Assembly: GCA_963787125.1 (NCBI GenBank)
Contig: CAWBBV010000001.1
Coordinates: 695,763-759,762 of the forward strand
DNA: 64,000 bases
From: an uncultured delta proteobacterium
GTDB taxonomy: Bacteria; Desulfobacterota; Desulfuromonadia; Geobacterales; DSM-12255
Direction of reading: 5' to 3'
Position numbers and translations under genes: made by a program. This document shows positions 1 through 10,697 of the stretch, one piece after another; the stretch's first letter is position 1, and the number at the start of each line of letters is the position of its first letter. The notes under the pieces were generated by a model. It saw only the letters and a program-made list of their open reading frames with translations, ran no database searches and was not told the origin of the DNA.

Positions 1-678
1 CAGTATCCTGGTTGCATCGACAACGACCAGGTGCGTTTTGAAAACAGCATTGATATCAGCAAGCGCAACATCGATGTTTTTATGGATTGAACCGCGATTC
101 CCCCCCATTATCCCCATGATGTTTTTCATGCCGATGGTCAGTTTTGAAAGGCCGTGGTGTTTCAGCACCGGAACATTAATATAAACGTCAGCTGAAAGTG
201 CTTCACCGTAAAGGTCCCACTCCTTCAGAGCTTTACCATTGAGAGCGACTTTTTTGTAGCGCTCTTCTTCCAGGTATTTAACCTCTACCCCTTTCAAACC
301 TTTTAAAGCAGCTTCGATGCCGCTGTTTTTGTAGCAGCGGCGTTCATCATTACAGGTCCGGTCAAATACCTTGACCTTTTTCGCCCCGGCCTGCAAGCAC
401 TCTGCGACAACAGCCCTGACTACCAGCGGATTTGTGTTGGCTGCCAGCTCAGGAGTCCTGTCCCACCCCATGTTGGGCTTGACGACAACGGTATTGCCCG
501 GCTTCACAAAGCGTTTCATGCCGCCGAGTGCATTGATGGCATTTCTGGTGATCTGTGCAGCATCAATGCCATCGGCAACGGCCACGGTCGGGCCGGTAGC
601 GGCAAAGAGATTCCGCAAAGGAAAACTCCAGAATAGCGAAGACAGTCCAAGTAGTCGTAAAAAACGTCGTCTTTCCAC
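1..678 (-). CDS. DUF362 domain (Fe-S) protein with Tat-like signal, runs off the window start
   Basis: Not in the ORF track; translated by hand from GTG at 678 behind GGAGG: MERRRFLRLLG...ALGGMKRFVKPGNTVVVKPNMGWDRTPELAANTNP, a typical DUF362 N-terminus with twin-arginine RRRFL. Confidence 0.8.
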   Translation of the reverse strand, partial: MERRRFLRLLGLSSLFWSFPLRNLFAATGPTVAVADGIDAAQITRNAINALGGMKRFVKPGNTVVVKPNMGWDRTPELAANTNPLVVRAVVAECLQAGAKKVKVFDRTCNDERRCYKNSGIEAALKGLKGVEVKYLEEERYKKVALNGKALKEWDLYGEALSADVYINVPVLKHHGLSKLTIGMKNIMGIMGGNRGSIHKNIDVALADINAVFKTHLVVVDATRIL

Positions 679-695
679 CCCGTTACCTCCTGCAA

Positions 696-1505
696 CTATT
701 TTTTAGGAGTTGTCTTTGCCGGCGGTTCTTCAATTTCCGGGCACTGGCTCTTATGCTGGATCCACTGGGTCTTTTTCGGGCTGATCTTGAGAATGTCCAC
801 CGGAGCGCTTACTTTCAGCGGTTCAGCTGTCGCTTCCGCCAGGATCCATTCGTTGATGTTTCTCACTTCGTCAAAATCGCTGAAAAAATCTTTCTTCTTC
901 ATGAGAGCATTGATGGCATCCTGCATGCCAAGAAAGAGAATTTTAGGTTGGTCCGAACCAGGCTTGGTCACGATGTTCTGCTTGATCGCCTCAAGCTTCA
1001 CCGGCTCAGTTTTCTTGCTGGTAATCCGGTACTCCAGCATGGCGAGAACCGTCCCCTTTTTTTCAGCTCCAGCGACCAGAACCTGCATGGCGATACGGTT
1101 TTGCACATCTTCTGTGTACCATCTGGAAAAAAGTTTATCGTCAGTAGTGCGGAGTTTTTCAAAAGCCGCCTGCAGCTTCCCCTGAACGGCGGTGTCAAAG
1201 GCATCAAGCCGGGCGCTGATAGTCCCTTTACCGGCAAAACTTTGCTCAGCGATTGTGTAGGCGCTGAAGCTGGAGGCCGGAAGCGCAGGAATGCCAGAGA
1301 AAACTAGGTAGACATCACTGATTTTCGAGAATTTGCATTGGCTTATGGCGACATCTTTTTCGATGAGTACCCTGCTGTCAGCGCCGATGAAAATATCATC
1401 ACCGGTTTTGATGGCAACGATACTTGTAGCCTGAGCTGCCGAGGTAGCAAGTGCTAGCGCTACAGCTACAACTGAAACACGGAATAGTGGTGAAATGCCG
1501 ATCAT
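696..1505 (-). CDS. Secreted protein with proteasome-beta/HslV-like (Ntn hydrolase) motifs
   Basis: Signal peptide ending AQA, then TSIVAIKTGDDIFIGADSR...K, and QVLVAGAEKKG; overlaps the RBS region of the DUF362 gene. Confidence 0.6.
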   Translation of the reverse strand: MIGISPLFRVSVVAVALALATSAAQATSIVAIKTGDDIFIGADSRVLIEKDVAISQCKFSKISDVYLVFSGIPALPASSFSAYTIAEQSFAGKGTISARLDAFDTAVQGKLQAAFEKLRTTDDKLFSRWYTEDVQNRIAMQVLVAGAEKKGTVLAMLEYRITSKKTEPVKLEAIKQNIVTKPGSDQPKILFLGMQDAINALMKKKDFFSDFDEVRNINEWILAEATAEPLKVSAPVDILKISPKKTQWIQHKSQCPEIEEPPAKTTPKK

Positions 1506-1532
1506 GATGAGACGGTCTCCTTTACTTTGTAA

Positions 1533-1907
1533 TTATTCCAGTATCTTAATCTCTTTGACGAAATACTCTGTATCACCAAACCAGTTTGACGGCAGACCTT
1601 TGTGCTGCTCATAAACAACCGCTACTCGCCTGCCTACCGAGGTGTTGATCCTTTTGGCGAGGTCATCGGTTCGGACGGTGAAGAAGAATTTTTCCGGCAT
1701 TGAACCCGGCACGGCAACGAGAGTAAGCTCACCTTCCCAGGTCTTTAACAACCACCCTTTTTCGGAAAACTTCTGTATGTAGCCGGCACGTTCACCCTTG
1801 GAGTAGCTCCAGTTGAGCGCAACCCAGAGATAACCTGCCAGTAGCGCTGCACTCAGTGCAAAGGGGGTGAATATCCAAAAGAAAACTTTTGTTTTGGTAA
1901 CAGCCAT
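1533..1907 (-). CDS. Conserved hypothetical membrane-anchored protein
   Basis: N-terminal TM helix, YSxGxRAGxxQKFSxKGWxxKTWEGEL motif, AGGAGG RBS. Confidence 0.75.
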   Translation of the reverse strand: MAVTKTKVFFWIFTPFALSAALLAGYLWVALNWSYSKGERAGYIQKFSEKGWLLKTWEGELTLVAVPGSMPEKFFFTVRTDDLAKRINTSVGRRVAVVYEQHKGLPSNWFGDTEYFVKEIKILE

Positions 1908-2057
1908 GATCTCCTCCTGTCATCAGTCTGGGATAAAGCTAACCTTGCGGTGAATTTATGTCAAGTTCCTTGACAGGGTAAAGGTTTAGATGGCATAGGA
2001 TGTAAAAGTTTGACGAGTAAACCGCCGGTGGATTGCTGCCGGTATTTCAAGGGCCAC

Positions 2058-2666
2058 ATGAAATGTAACGGCGATAATATTTTTGAAGAGATTTCCTATC
2101 TTATCAAGCATCCCAGGCCGGTCATCCGTGACATCCCCGGGCATAGAAAAGCAGCGGTTGCACTGTTGATTGAGAGAAGCTGTGAGAGCTGCCGGATACT
2201 TTTTATCGAACGTGCCACGCATCCGGGTGACCCTTGGTCCGGGAATATCGGTTTTCCCGGAGGGAAGGTCGAGAAAAGTGATGTTGATACCCGTCATGCG
2301 GCGGAACGGGAGACAATGGAGGAACTCGGAGTTGATCTGGGCAAAGCTGAATATCTCGGCAGGCTATCGGATCTTGACGGCACACATCTGCCGGTGCTGC
2401 TTTCCTGTTTTGTTTACGGAGTTTTAGAGGAAAACGTTGAATTTACGCTCAGCGAGGAGGTCAAAGACGTCTTCTGGCTCACAATCGAAGAGCTGACCGA
2501 TCCTGTCCGTCAGGGCATGCACGCCTTTACCTTTGCCGGGGATCGCTTTGAAAGCCCCTGCATCCGGCTTCCCTATGACGATAAGCCGGTGTTATGGGGA
2601 CTTACCTATCGCCTTGTCAAGGAGTTTCTTGAGAAGACGGGTAGATTTATGGGAGAAACAAAATGA
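2058..2666 (+). CDS. NUDIX hydrolase, CoA pyrophosphatase-like
   Basis: Nudix box GGKVEKSDVDTRHAAERETMEELG, upstream PWSGNIGFPG, C-terminal LWGLTY. Confidence 0.9.
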   Translation: MKCNGDNIFEEISYLIKHPRPVIRDIPGHRKAAVALLIERSCESCRILFIERATHPGDPWSGNIGFPGGKVEKSDVDTRHAAERETMEELGVDLGKAEYLGRLSDLDGTHLPVLLSCFVYGVLEENVEFTLSEEVKDVFWLTIEELTDPVRQGMHAFTFAGDRFESPCIRLPYDDKPVLWGLTYRLVKEFLEKTGRFMGETK

Positions 2667-2977
2667 AACCGCGAAGGCCGGTAAGTGTCAAGTTACCGAC
2701 AGAGGAGGAGATCGCCGCGAAGCTGCGCAGCATGCGGGCGGCAATTGATGATAACGGCAATTACCGCCAGAAATCCCTGAGAATGTTCGGGCTCATCTGT
2801 GCCAGATGTGCCAGGGAGTTTGACCAGAGCAATGTTCACCTCCTTACGGTGCATCATCGCGACGGTAATCATAACAATAATTCTCCGGACGGCTCAAACT
2901 GGGAAAATCTCTGCTCTCATTGTCATGATGATGTGCATGCGCGCGGGGAGCTGGGGGAGTATCTGAATAAAAAATGA
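2663..2977 (+). CDS. yajD: YajD-family HNH nuclease
   Basis: CARCAREF...LTVHHRDGNHNNN.PDGSNWENLC..CHD motif. Confidence 0.85.
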   Translation: MKPRRPVSVKLPTEEEIAAKLRSMRAAIDDNGNYRQKSLRMFGLICARCAREFDQSNVHLLTVHHRDGNHNNNSPDGSNWENLCSHCHDDVHARGELGEYLNKK

Positions 2978-3064
2978 CTGGAGCGGCAGTGGGGCTGCTC
3001 TGATTACTTCGCGTGCGCAGTCGAATAGATGCAAGCCGTTGTCAATAGGCTATTCAAGGAGAAT

Positions 3065-3370
3065 ATGGAAGCTATAAAAACCAGAGATGAACTTGCGCTG
3101 AATATTGATGAGGCCCAGTGGCAGTGGCTGAAACCTAATCTTGAGCGGGGGGCGCTGATAACTGTTGCAGCGGCACTTGATCTGGCCGAAGCCGGTGAGA
3201 GGATTGCAGCCGATGATTCAGTGATGTTGGCTGCCTGGATAGCTGCCGGTACGGTCAGCAAGCCAACTGCGGAAGAAATCGGAGCGTGGGATAAGGAACC
3301 GGGGAAGAAGTTTCTCACTCTTATCATCAGCCCTTATGTGTTGATTCAGGAGTTAGGAACAATTAATTGA
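3065..3370 (+). CDS. DUF2288 family protein
   Basis: AxWxWLxP...LDLAEAG..IAADD...W...IISPYVLIQE pattern; AAGGAG RBS. Confidence 0.8.
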   Translation: MEAIKTRDELALNIDEAQWQWLKPNLERGALITVAAALDLAEAGERIAADDSVMLAAWIAAGTVSKPTAEEIGAWDKEPGKKFLTLIISPYVLIQELGTIN

Positions 3371-3392
3371 GATCTTGAAAACGGGAGGGATC

Positions 3393-4115
3393 ATGTCCGA
3401 AAACAGCGAAAAGCTTTCATGCAGTTCTTGTAATAGTGTCTGGGCAAATAAAGGGACAACCAACTGCTGGAGTGGCGATCCCGCCACTGCCCCGCCCCGC
3501 CCCGGCTACTGCCCGACAGGGCACGGCGCCGAGATTATTGAAAAATCCTTTGCCGAGTACACCAGTGACAGCGAGGATGCCCGGTTGGCAATGGTTGCCG
3601 CTAAGGTTGAGGGGCTCTGCTACCTGAAGGTTCCTGGCAGCACGACTGTAACTGCCCGCTGGACCAGGGTCGAGGATACAATTGCCCTTGCCAGGCTTAT
3701 GGGGTGGAAGAGGATCGGTATTGCCACCTGTATCGGCCTTTTGGCGGAGACTGAGAGTCTGGCGGCAATTCTGACTGCACAAGGTCTTGAGCCGTTAACC
3801 GTCTGTTGCAAGGCGGGCAGCATCGACAAGAACGCTCTCGGTATCGCGGAAGATGACAAGGTACGGCCGAATACTTTCGAGCCCGCGTGCAATCCGATTG
3901 CCCAGGCTGAACTCTGCAACCGGGCGGAAACCGATATGAATATCATTGTCGGTCTCTGTGTGGGACACGATATGCTTTTTAATAAATATTCCAAAGCGCC
4001 GGTGACAACACTTGTCTGCAAGGACAGAGTGACCGGACATAATCCCGTGGCAGTACTCTATGGGCAGAGCTTCTATTATAAACGGCTGCAGAAGTTTCCA
4101 TTGGACTTAAACTGA
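3393..4115 (+). CDS. DUF1847 family Cys-rich (metal-binding) protein
   Basis: TRVED, IGIATCIGL, CCKAG, CNPIAQA, GLCVGHD, KDRV motifs. Confidence 0.85.
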   Translation: MSENSEKLSCSSCNSVWANKGTTNCWSGDPATAPPRPGYCPTGHGAEIIEKSFAEYTSDSEDARLAMVAAKVEGLCYLKVPGSTTVTARWTRVEDTIALARLMGWKRIGIATCIGLLAETESLAAILTAQGLEPLTVCCKAGSIDKNALGIAEDDKVRPNTFEPACNPIAQAELCNRAETDMNIIVGLCVGHDMLFNKYSKAPVTTLVCKDRVTGHNPVAVLYGQSFYYKRLQKFPLDLN

Positions 4116-4185
4116 AAAATGACAGTTGTGTAATCTGTGATATGCTTAATCTCGATTGATAAAATTACATCAAAGAGAAATCACG

Positions 4186-5844
4186 ATGAGCAACATTCCC
4201 CCTCCTGAAAATAGAGCGGATATCCTGATAGTAGACGATATCTCGCTGACACGTCGGCAGCTCACTGACATTCTGAGTGAAGCCGGTTACCAGATCGAGC
4301 AAGCTGACAGCGGTTTCAAGGCACTTGAACTCGCCGCGGCTACTCTACCACAGCTGATTCTTCTTGATGTTGTCATGCCGGATATGGATGGCTTTCAGAC
4401 CTGTAAAGAACTGAAAGCTATTCATGCACTTGCCGATATTCCGGTGATTTTTATAAGCGCTCTGGATGAGACAGCCACAAAGGTTAAGGGGTTTGAGGCC
4501 GGAGGTGTTGACTACATCTCAAAGCCTTATGAAAAAGAAGAAGTCCTTGCCAGGGTTAAGACCCATCTCTCAATCAGGCAGCTACAACTCTCCCTTATGG
4601 CAGTCAATGCCGAGATGGAGGATCGCGTCCACCAGCGCACGGCCGAGTTGATGGCCAAGCACGAGCAGCTCTCCAATCTCTTTCAGCAGGTAAGGCATGC
4701 GAAAATACAGTGGGAACAGACAATGGACTGTATTGACGATATTATCATGCTGGTTGGCGAAGATGGCTGCCTGCTAAGGTGCAACAAGGCGCTGCTGCAG
4801 TTTGCCAGGGTTGATGTTTATAAGGATCTGCTTGGCCTTGACTGGCTGAAGTTGCTTGCTTCTTGTGGGCTTAATCTGGGAAGCCAGCACAGCAGTTCTC
4901 AGGAGCTTTATCACGAAAGCTCCGGCAGATGGTTTACGGTCAACTGGTATAATTATGCAGATAAAAACGGAGCTGTCATAGCGTTACACGATATGACGGC
5001 AATAAAGAAAGTTTATGAAGAGCTTGGTGCGGCTTATGAAAAGCTCAAGACGACGCATCATCGGCTTGTACAACAAGAGAAGATGGCGTCGATCGGTCAG
5101 CTTGCAGCAGGCGTCGCACATGAAATAAATAATCCCATGGGGTTTATTTCAAGCAACCTAGAGACGCTGGGCAAGTACGCCAGGCGATTGAGCCAGTTCA
5201 TGGCAGTTCAGGATGAGGTGTTAAAAGGGGTCTCCGATCCGGAAGCGGTAGGGATGCTTGCCGAAGCCAGGAAAAGACTAAAGATCGACTATTTGCTTGA
5301 TGATATCCCGGCACTTGTCGCCGAGTCCAACGACGGCGCGGCCAGGGTCAGGACGATAGTTCAAAATTTGAAAGGTTTCTCGCGTACTGATCTTGCCGAG
5401 AAGGAGCCGGCAAATATCAATGAATGTCTGGAACGGGCGATCAGCATTGCCTGGAACGAGCTGAAGTACAAGGTGACTCTGGAGCGGGATTTTGGCGAGT
5501 TGCCGACGATAAACTGTTATCCGCAACAGCTCGGACAGGTGTTCCTCAATTTCCTGGTGAATGCGGCCCACGCAATCGAGCAGCATGGAGTAATAAAGGT
5601 TGCTACAAGATTTAATGACGAGAGCGTCTCCATCTCAGTAAGCGATACCGGTGGCGGTATCCCTGCAGAGAATCTTGACAGGATTTTTGAGCCATTTTTC
5701 ACTACTAAAGAGATTGGCACCGGCACCGGCCTTGGGTTGGCAATCAGTTATGAGATTGTGCAGAGTCATGGTGGTACAATTGACGTTGAGAGTGAAGTTG
5801 GCAGAGGAACAACGTTTACTGTGCGTTTGCCGCTGGGAAATTAG
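4186..5844 (+). CDS. Hybrid response regulator/sensor histidine kinase (REC-PAS-HisKA-HATPase)
   Basis: N-terminal REC (LIVDD, LLDVVMP, SKP); H-box AHEINNP; N/G boxes; [14 protein letters not shown]. Confidence 0.92.
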   Translation: MSNIPPPENRADILIVDDISLTRRQLTDILSEAGYQIEQADSGFKALELAAATLPQLILLDVVMPDMDGFQTCKELKAIHALADIPVIFISALDETATKVKGFEAGGVDYISKPYEKEEVLARVKTHLSIRQLQLSLMAVNAEMEDRVHQRTAELMAKHEQLSNLFQQVRHAKIQWEQTMDCIDDIIMLVGEDGCLLRCNKALLQFARVDVYKDLLGLDWLKLLASCGLNLGSQHSSSQELYHESSGRWFTVNWYNYADKNGAVIALHDMTAIKKVYEELGAAYEKLKTTHHRLVQQEKMASIGQLAAGVAHEINNPMGFISSNLETLGKYARRLSQFMAVQDEVLKGVSDPEAVGMLAEARKRLKIDYLLDDIPALVAESNDGAARVRTIVQNLKGFSRTDLAEKEPANINECLERAISIAWNELKYKVTLERDFGELPTINCYPQQLGQVFLNFLVNAAHAIEQHGVIKVATRFNDESVSISVSDTGGGIPAENLDRIFEPFFTTKEIGTGTGLGLAISYEIVQSHGGTIDVESEVGRGTTFTVRLPLGN

Positions 5845-5858
5845 CTATGGGAGGTTTT

Positions 5859-6410
5859 ATGAACAGTTCTATTTTGCTGGTTGATGATGAACAGAATGTC
5901 CTTTCCGCCTTGATACGGGAGTTTGCGGATGAGCCGTATGATATTGTTACGGCATTAAACGGCGAGGAGGCGTTAAACTTTGTAGCCGGGCAGACTTTCA
6001 AGGTAATTATCTCAGATGAGCGGATGCCAGGTATGGACGGGGCGTCATTCCTGGCAGCGGCAAAGGAGATCTCACCTACAAGTGTAAGGATGATGCTCAC
6101 CGGTCACGCCAGTATCGATGCCACCATGAGGGCCGTCAACAATGGCGAAATTTACCGCTTCTTCACGAAACCGTGGAATAGTCTGGAGCTGAAACAATCA
6201 ATAAAAACGGCGATAGAGAGGTACGATCTTGAAGATGAAAACAGAAGACTGCTGAAGGTTGTCAAGCGGCAGTCACAGGAGCTGCGGGCTCTTGAAAACA
6301 ATCACCCCGGGATCAGCAGGTTAAGAAAAGACAGAGAAGGGGCATTTGTCCTGCCCGAGATAAGTGATGATGAAGTCAAGCAGTTGCTGGAAGAGTATGG
6401 GCACAATTGA
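5859..6410 (+). CDS. Response regulator receiver protein
   Basis: LLVDDE, ISDERMPGMDG, FTKPW; immediately follows the kinase. Confidence 0.9.
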   Translation: MNSSILLVDDEQNVLSALIREFADEPYDIVTALNGEEALNFVAGQTFKVIISDERMPGMDGASFLAAAKEISPTSVRMMLTGHASIDATMRAVNNGEIYRFFTKPWNSLELKQSIKTAIERYDLEDENRRLLKVVKRQSQELRALENNHPGISRLRKDREGAFVLPEISDDEVKQLLEEYGHN

Positions 6411-6414
6411 AATA

Positions 6415-7437
6415 TTACTCGTCATCGTTCCGCTGGAGCAGGTAACGGCCATTCACCGCGGCAATTCTGCTTCCCATTATAGCTGACATGGTATCTACAG
6501 CTTTCACCGCCCTTTCAGCCGGCTTGCCTGAGAGCGGTTTTGGCTGGAAACCAACTTCGCTGTTAAGTACGTTCAGTGGGATAACCTCGACCTCTTTTAC
6601 GCCGCCGTCAAACAGGATTCTTGCGATCATGCTTCGCTTTGAACTTCTGCTCATGCTGCCAAAGGTAAAATTCCCCAGACTGTAGAATATGACCCCGTTT
6701 TCATACTGTTCCACTCCTTGAAGGACGTGGGGATGATGGCCTATTACAATGTCTGCACCTGCATCAATTGCCTTGTGTGCAATCTTCACCTGGTAAGGCT
6801 TAGGCTTGTCGAGCCCTTCTCCTCCCCAGTGGAAGGAAACAATGACGCAGTCAGCATTTTTTTTTGCTTGCTCAATGTCGGCAGTAAAGAGAGAAGCGTA
6901 ACCTGGAGCAGTCCCTGCCCTTTCCGCTCCGGCAAAGAACTCTTTTGGGTAGGTGAGGGAGTAGGCGAGAAAAGCAATTTTGATGCCCCTAATGGAAGTT
7001 ACGTCCGACATCCTTGCCGAAAACAAGTCCTGACCGGCGCCAGCATGGGAAATAGCTTTGCTATCTAGAATCTCGATCGTATCTTTTAACCCCCTGGAGC
7101 CAAAGTCGAGAATGTGATTGTTGGCAAGGGAGAGATGGGTAAAACCGGCATTTTTAATCGCTTCAGCGGCCTTTGGGTCGGCTTTAAAGCGAAACGTCTT
7201 GGTAATAAGTTTTTCGGCTGATGTGGTGATTGGAGATTCAAGGTTTCCGATAACAAGGTCTCCCTGCTTCAGGATCTCCCTGGTTAAGTCAAATGGGTAG
7301 TCGTAACCGTATTTTTTGTAAGCCTTTTCACCGGATCCGGCGAGCATGATGTCGCCGACTGCAGTGATATTAAGAGGTTCTGTCATGGCTAGATGGGGCA
7401 AAAATAGTAGCAGTAAAGCGGTAATAATCCAGTTCAT
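6415..7437 (-). CDS. CapA/PGA_cap family metallophosphoesterase
   Basis: VGDIM, GNLE, LANNH, HWG, GHHPH, YSLGNF motifs. Confidence 0.9.
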   Translation of the reverse strand: MNWIITALLLLFLPHLAMTEPLNITAVGDIMLAGSGEKAYKKYGYDYPFDLTREILKQGDLVIGNLESPITTSAEKLITKTFRFKADPKAAEAIKNAGFTHLSLANNHILDFGSRGLKDTIEILDSKAISHAGAGQDLFSARMSDVTSIRGIKIAFLAYSLTYPKEFFAGAERAGTAPGYASLFTADIEQAKKNADCVIVSFHWGGEGLDKPKPYQVKIAHKAIDAGADIVIGHHPHVLQGVEQYENGVIFYSLGNFTFGSMSRSSKRSMIARILFDGGVKEVEVIPLNVLNSEVGFQPKPLSGKPAERAVKAVDTMSAIMGSRIAAVNGRYLLQRNDDE

Positions 7438-7528
7438 AAGGCAATGCCCTTTCGTCAGATGGTTGACTATGCTTTTAGCAAGTGCTACAAGATAAAACCT
7501 TATCTACCAATTAGCAAAGGATTTGAAA

Positions 7529-8800
7529 ATGCTTGACATACGGTACATTCGTGAAAATCTGGAAAGTGTAGAAACCCGTCTTAAAAGTCGCGGCGCCAGT
7601 ATATCACTTGCCGGTTTCAGGGACCTTGATGAAAGTAGAAGATCTCTTCAACAGGAAACTGAAACACTGAAGGCGCTTAGAAACAGAGTCTCTGACGAAA
7701 TCAGCCGAGTGAAAGACAAAAGCCAGGTTCAGGGTCAGATTGCGGAGATGCGTGAGGTCTCCCAGCGGATAAAGGGGCTTGATGATAAGCTTAAAGAGGT
7801 AGAAGATTCGCTTGAACAGTTCATGCTGACAGTTCCCAATATCCCCTCAACCGAAACACCTCCAGGCGCAAATGAGTCAGATAATAGGGAAGTGAAGCTC
7901 TGGGGTGAAATCCCGCAAATGTCCTTTCAGGCAAGGCCTCACTGGGAAATCGGCGAGGCACTTAATATTCTGGATTTTGAAAGGGGTGCCAAAATTACCG
8001 GTGCGCGATTCACCCTTTACAAGGGAGCTGGTGCAAGGCTGGAGCGGGCTCTCATTAATTTCATGCTCGATCTGCATACAACCAGACATAATTATATTGA
8101 AATGCTGCCACCTTTTATGGTAAACAGGGAAAGTATGACCGGAACCGGTCAGCTCCCCAAGTTTGAAGACGACCTCTTCCATCTGGAAGGGGTTGATTAT
8201 TTCCTGATCCCGACGGCAGAAGTTCCGGTTACAAATATCCACCGTGGTGAGATTCTAAAAGGGGCCGATCTACCGATTGCGTATACGGCACACACGCCTT
8301 GTTTCAGAAGAGAGGCCGGCTCATACGGCAAGGATACGCGCGGCCTGATTCGCCAGCATCAATTCAATAAGGTCGAACTGGTTAAATTTGTTCATCCGGC
8401 TGACTCGATGAAGGAACTGGATCAGCTTCTTGATAACGCAGAAGAGGTTTTGAGGCTGCTTGAACTCCCCTACAGGGTTGTTGAACTTTGTACAGCTGAT
8501 ATAGGATTTTCAGCCTGCCGCACTTTTGATATAGAGGTCTGGCTGCCCGGGCAGAGTACTTACAGGGAAATATCCTCCTGCAGCAATTTCGGGGATTTTC
8601 AGGCAAGGCGGGCAGGGATAAAGTTTCGCGAGGATGAGAAGTCAAAGCCTGAGTTTGTTCATACATTGAATGGCTCCGGGCTTGCAGTTGGCAGGACAGT
8701 GGTGGCAATTCTGGAGAATTGCCAGCAAGGGGATGGATCAGTAGTTATCCCGCAGGCGCTTCGTCCATATATGGGCGGACTTGAGAAAATAGTAGCTTAA
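7529..8800 (+). CDS. serS: Serine--tRNA ligase
   Basis: MLDIRYIR start, [29 protein letters not shown]. Confidence 0.98.
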   Translation: MLDIRYIRENLESVETRLKSRGASISLAGFRDLDESRRSLQQETETLKALRNRVSDEISRVKDKSQVQGQIAEMREVSQRIKGLDDKLKEVEDSLEQFMLTVPNIPSTETPPGANESDNREVKLWGEIPQMSFQARPHWEIGEALNILDFERGAKITGARFTLYKGAGARLERALINFMLDLHTTRHNYIEMLPPFMVNRESMTGTGQLPKFEDDLFHLEGVDYFLIPTAEVPVTNIHRGEILKGADLPIAYTAHTPCFRREAGSYGKDTRGLIRQHQFNKVELVKFVHPADSMKELDQLLDNAEEVLRLLELPYRVVELCTADIGFSACRTFDIEVWLPGQSTYREISSCSNFGDFQARRAGIKFREDEKSKPEFVHTLNGSGLAVGRTVVAILENCQQGDGSVVIPQALRPYMGGLEKIVA

Positions 8801-8810
8801 AATTAAATAC

Positions 8811-8896
8811 GGAAGAGTGGCCGAGTGGTTGAAGGCGGCGGTCTTGAAAACCGTTTAACTAACGTTACGTGGGTTCGAATCCTACCTCTTCCGCCA
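8811..8896 (+). tRNA. tRNA-Ser(TGA)
   Basis: GGAAGAG...CTCTTCC-GCCA acceptor stem, anticodon loop CT-TGA-AA, long variable arm, GGTTCGAATCC. Confidence 0.95.
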
Positions 8897-8969
8897 AATA
8901 TTTTTTTTCAGTGACAGTCCAGTTGAGAATAGTAGCGGTGTGTTTATTCAGCACGCTATATAGATTCAC

Positions 8970-9062
8970 GGAGAGATGGCCGAGTAGGTCGAAGGCGCTC
9001 GCCTGCTAAGCGAGTATACTGGGAAACCGGTATCAAGGGTTCGAATCCCTTTCTCTCCGCCA
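8970..9062 (+). tRNA. tRNA-Ser(GCT)
   Basis: GGAGAGA...TCTCTCC-GCCA acceptor stem, anticodon arm CTCGC-CTGCTAA-GCGAG, long variable arm. Confidence 0.95.
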
Positions 9063-9082
9063 TTTATATTCCAGGGAGTATC

Positions 9083-9580
9083 ATGGTAAAAAAGCTGGTC
9101 CGGTTATTTTTTACGGGGTTGATATGCCTGTCAGCTTTTACGTTTGGCTGCAGCAAGAAAGAAGAGCCGAAGAAATCGCATCAAACTGAGGTTCCGGCAC
9201 AGGATACGATTATAAGAAAGCAGACAGAAGTATCGATTCCTGACAATGTAAAAGGGAAATGGAAGTCTGTAAAAATCAGTATCATGGACAAGGAGCAGAA
9301 TAAGGAAGGGTTTGTTGTTATAGAAGTTGGTAAGGCAATGAAAGTAAACGGCACAAATCTCGTTATTAAGGTTGAAAGTTTTCTCCCGCACTTCATAATG
9401 GATGGAACAACGCTCACCTCAAGCTCAAATTCACCCAAAAACCCGGCTGTACAGGTTCATATCACCGAAAATGGTAATGAAGTGTTCAAGGGTTGGCTCT
9501 TCACTCTCTACCCGAACACTCATGCTTCTCAACACTCAAGATACGGATTCGGTCTTGTAGACTTCACCCCGACAAAATAA
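9083..9580 (+). CDS. Lipoprotein, DUF2155-like
   Basis: Lipobox TFGC; NPAV...FKGWLF..YP...H..Y motif. Confidence 0.75.
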   Translation: MVKKLVRLFFTGLICLSAFTFGCSKKEEPKKSHQTEVPAQDTIIRKQTEVSIPDNVKGKWKSVKISIMDKEQNKEGFVVIEVGKAMKVNGTNLVIKVESFLPHFIMDGTTLTSSSNSPKNPAVQVHITENGNEVFKGWLFTLYPNTHASQHSRYGFGLVDFTPTK

Positions 9581-9920
9581 TTTCATATGCGATCAAGCAA
9601 GGTTCTGGAAACTACTGGAGCCTTTCCTTAGTGGCACTCCTTACTTGATTATTGCGATTAATCTTCGCTTGTGAAGTGAGTCTCTGTCTTTCAGTTGTCC
9701 CTTCCCAATAACCTCTATACGATCTTGTGACAGGCAATAAAACAATTATCCTCTGGCGACTATATGCATAGGTTGGCACAATTAGTAGCTGTTACCGGTC
9801 TGGTCATGATTCAGACCCGGGGTTTCACCTTCCCGAAAAAACTTTTCAGCTGAAGGCATTTGTGCTAATTTGCATCTTTTTAATGTCATTGAGTAATAGT
9901 TAAGCTGAGGAACTCTCACT

Positions 9921-10697
9921 ATGTCCCGAATTATCTGCATTGCCAATCAGAAGGGTGGCGTCGGCAAGACAACTACGTCTGTAAATCTCGCGTCTTCGCT
10001 TGCCGCAGCAGAAAAGCGAGTTCTCCTTGTCGATATCGATCCGCAGGGTAATGCCACCAGTGGAGTGGGGGTCGATAAAAACGGGCTGACCAGCAGCGTT
10101 TACGATCTGATTATAAATGATGAAGAACCAGCAGGGATGATCCTTGAGACAGAGCTCAAAACACTGCATATCATCCCGGCTACTCCGGATCTTGCCGGTG
10201 CCGAACTTGAGTTGGTTGAGCTAACTGATCGAGAAAATAAACTCAAGAAAATTCTCCACCCGCTAAGAACTTTGTATGATTTCATAATTATCGACTGTCC
10301 ACCGTCTCTAGGCCTCCTGACTATCAACGCGATGACAGCCGCAGACAGGGTGATAATTCCGTTGCAAACAGAATTTTATGCGATGGAAGGACTTTCTCAG
10401 ATTGTCAGAACCATCGCCCTTATTCAGAAAGGGCTGAATCCTGGTTTGCAGATTGAGGGGATACTGCTGACAATGTTTGACGGCAGGAACAATCTTTCCA
10501 GGCAGGTTGAAGAGGAAGTGCGAACGCATTTCGGAAACAAGGTTTTCAGAACAGTAATCCCGAGAAATGTAAGGCTTTCGGAGGCCCCCAGTCATGGGAA
10601 ACCGATCATCCTTTATGACATAACATCTCGAGGTGCAGTTGCATATCTGGAACTGGCAAGGGAGCTGGTCGAGCGTGGAGGAGGGGTAAATGGTTAA
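9921..10697 (+). CDS. parA: Chromosome partitioning ATPase Soj/ParA
   Basis: NQKGGVGKTT, DIDPQGNA, IDCPPSLG, PRNVRLSEAPSHG. Confidence 0.97.
   Translation: MSRIICIANQKGGVGKTTTSVNLASSLAAAEKRVLLVDIDPQGNATSGVGVDKNGLTSSVYDLIINDEEPAGMILETELKTLHIIPATPDLAGAELELVELTDRENKLKKILHPLRTLYDFIIIDCPPSLGLLTINAMTAADRVIIPLQTEFYAMEGLSQIVRTIALIQKGLNPGLQIEGILLTMFDGRNNLSRQVEEEVRTHFGNKVFRTVIPRNVRLSEAPSHGKPIILYDITSRGAVAYLELARELVERGGGVNG

Noticed and set aside
9581..9920. parS site near parAB
   Set aside because: No TGTTTCACGTGAAACA-like palindrome found; only a partial GTTTCAC half-site at ~9822.
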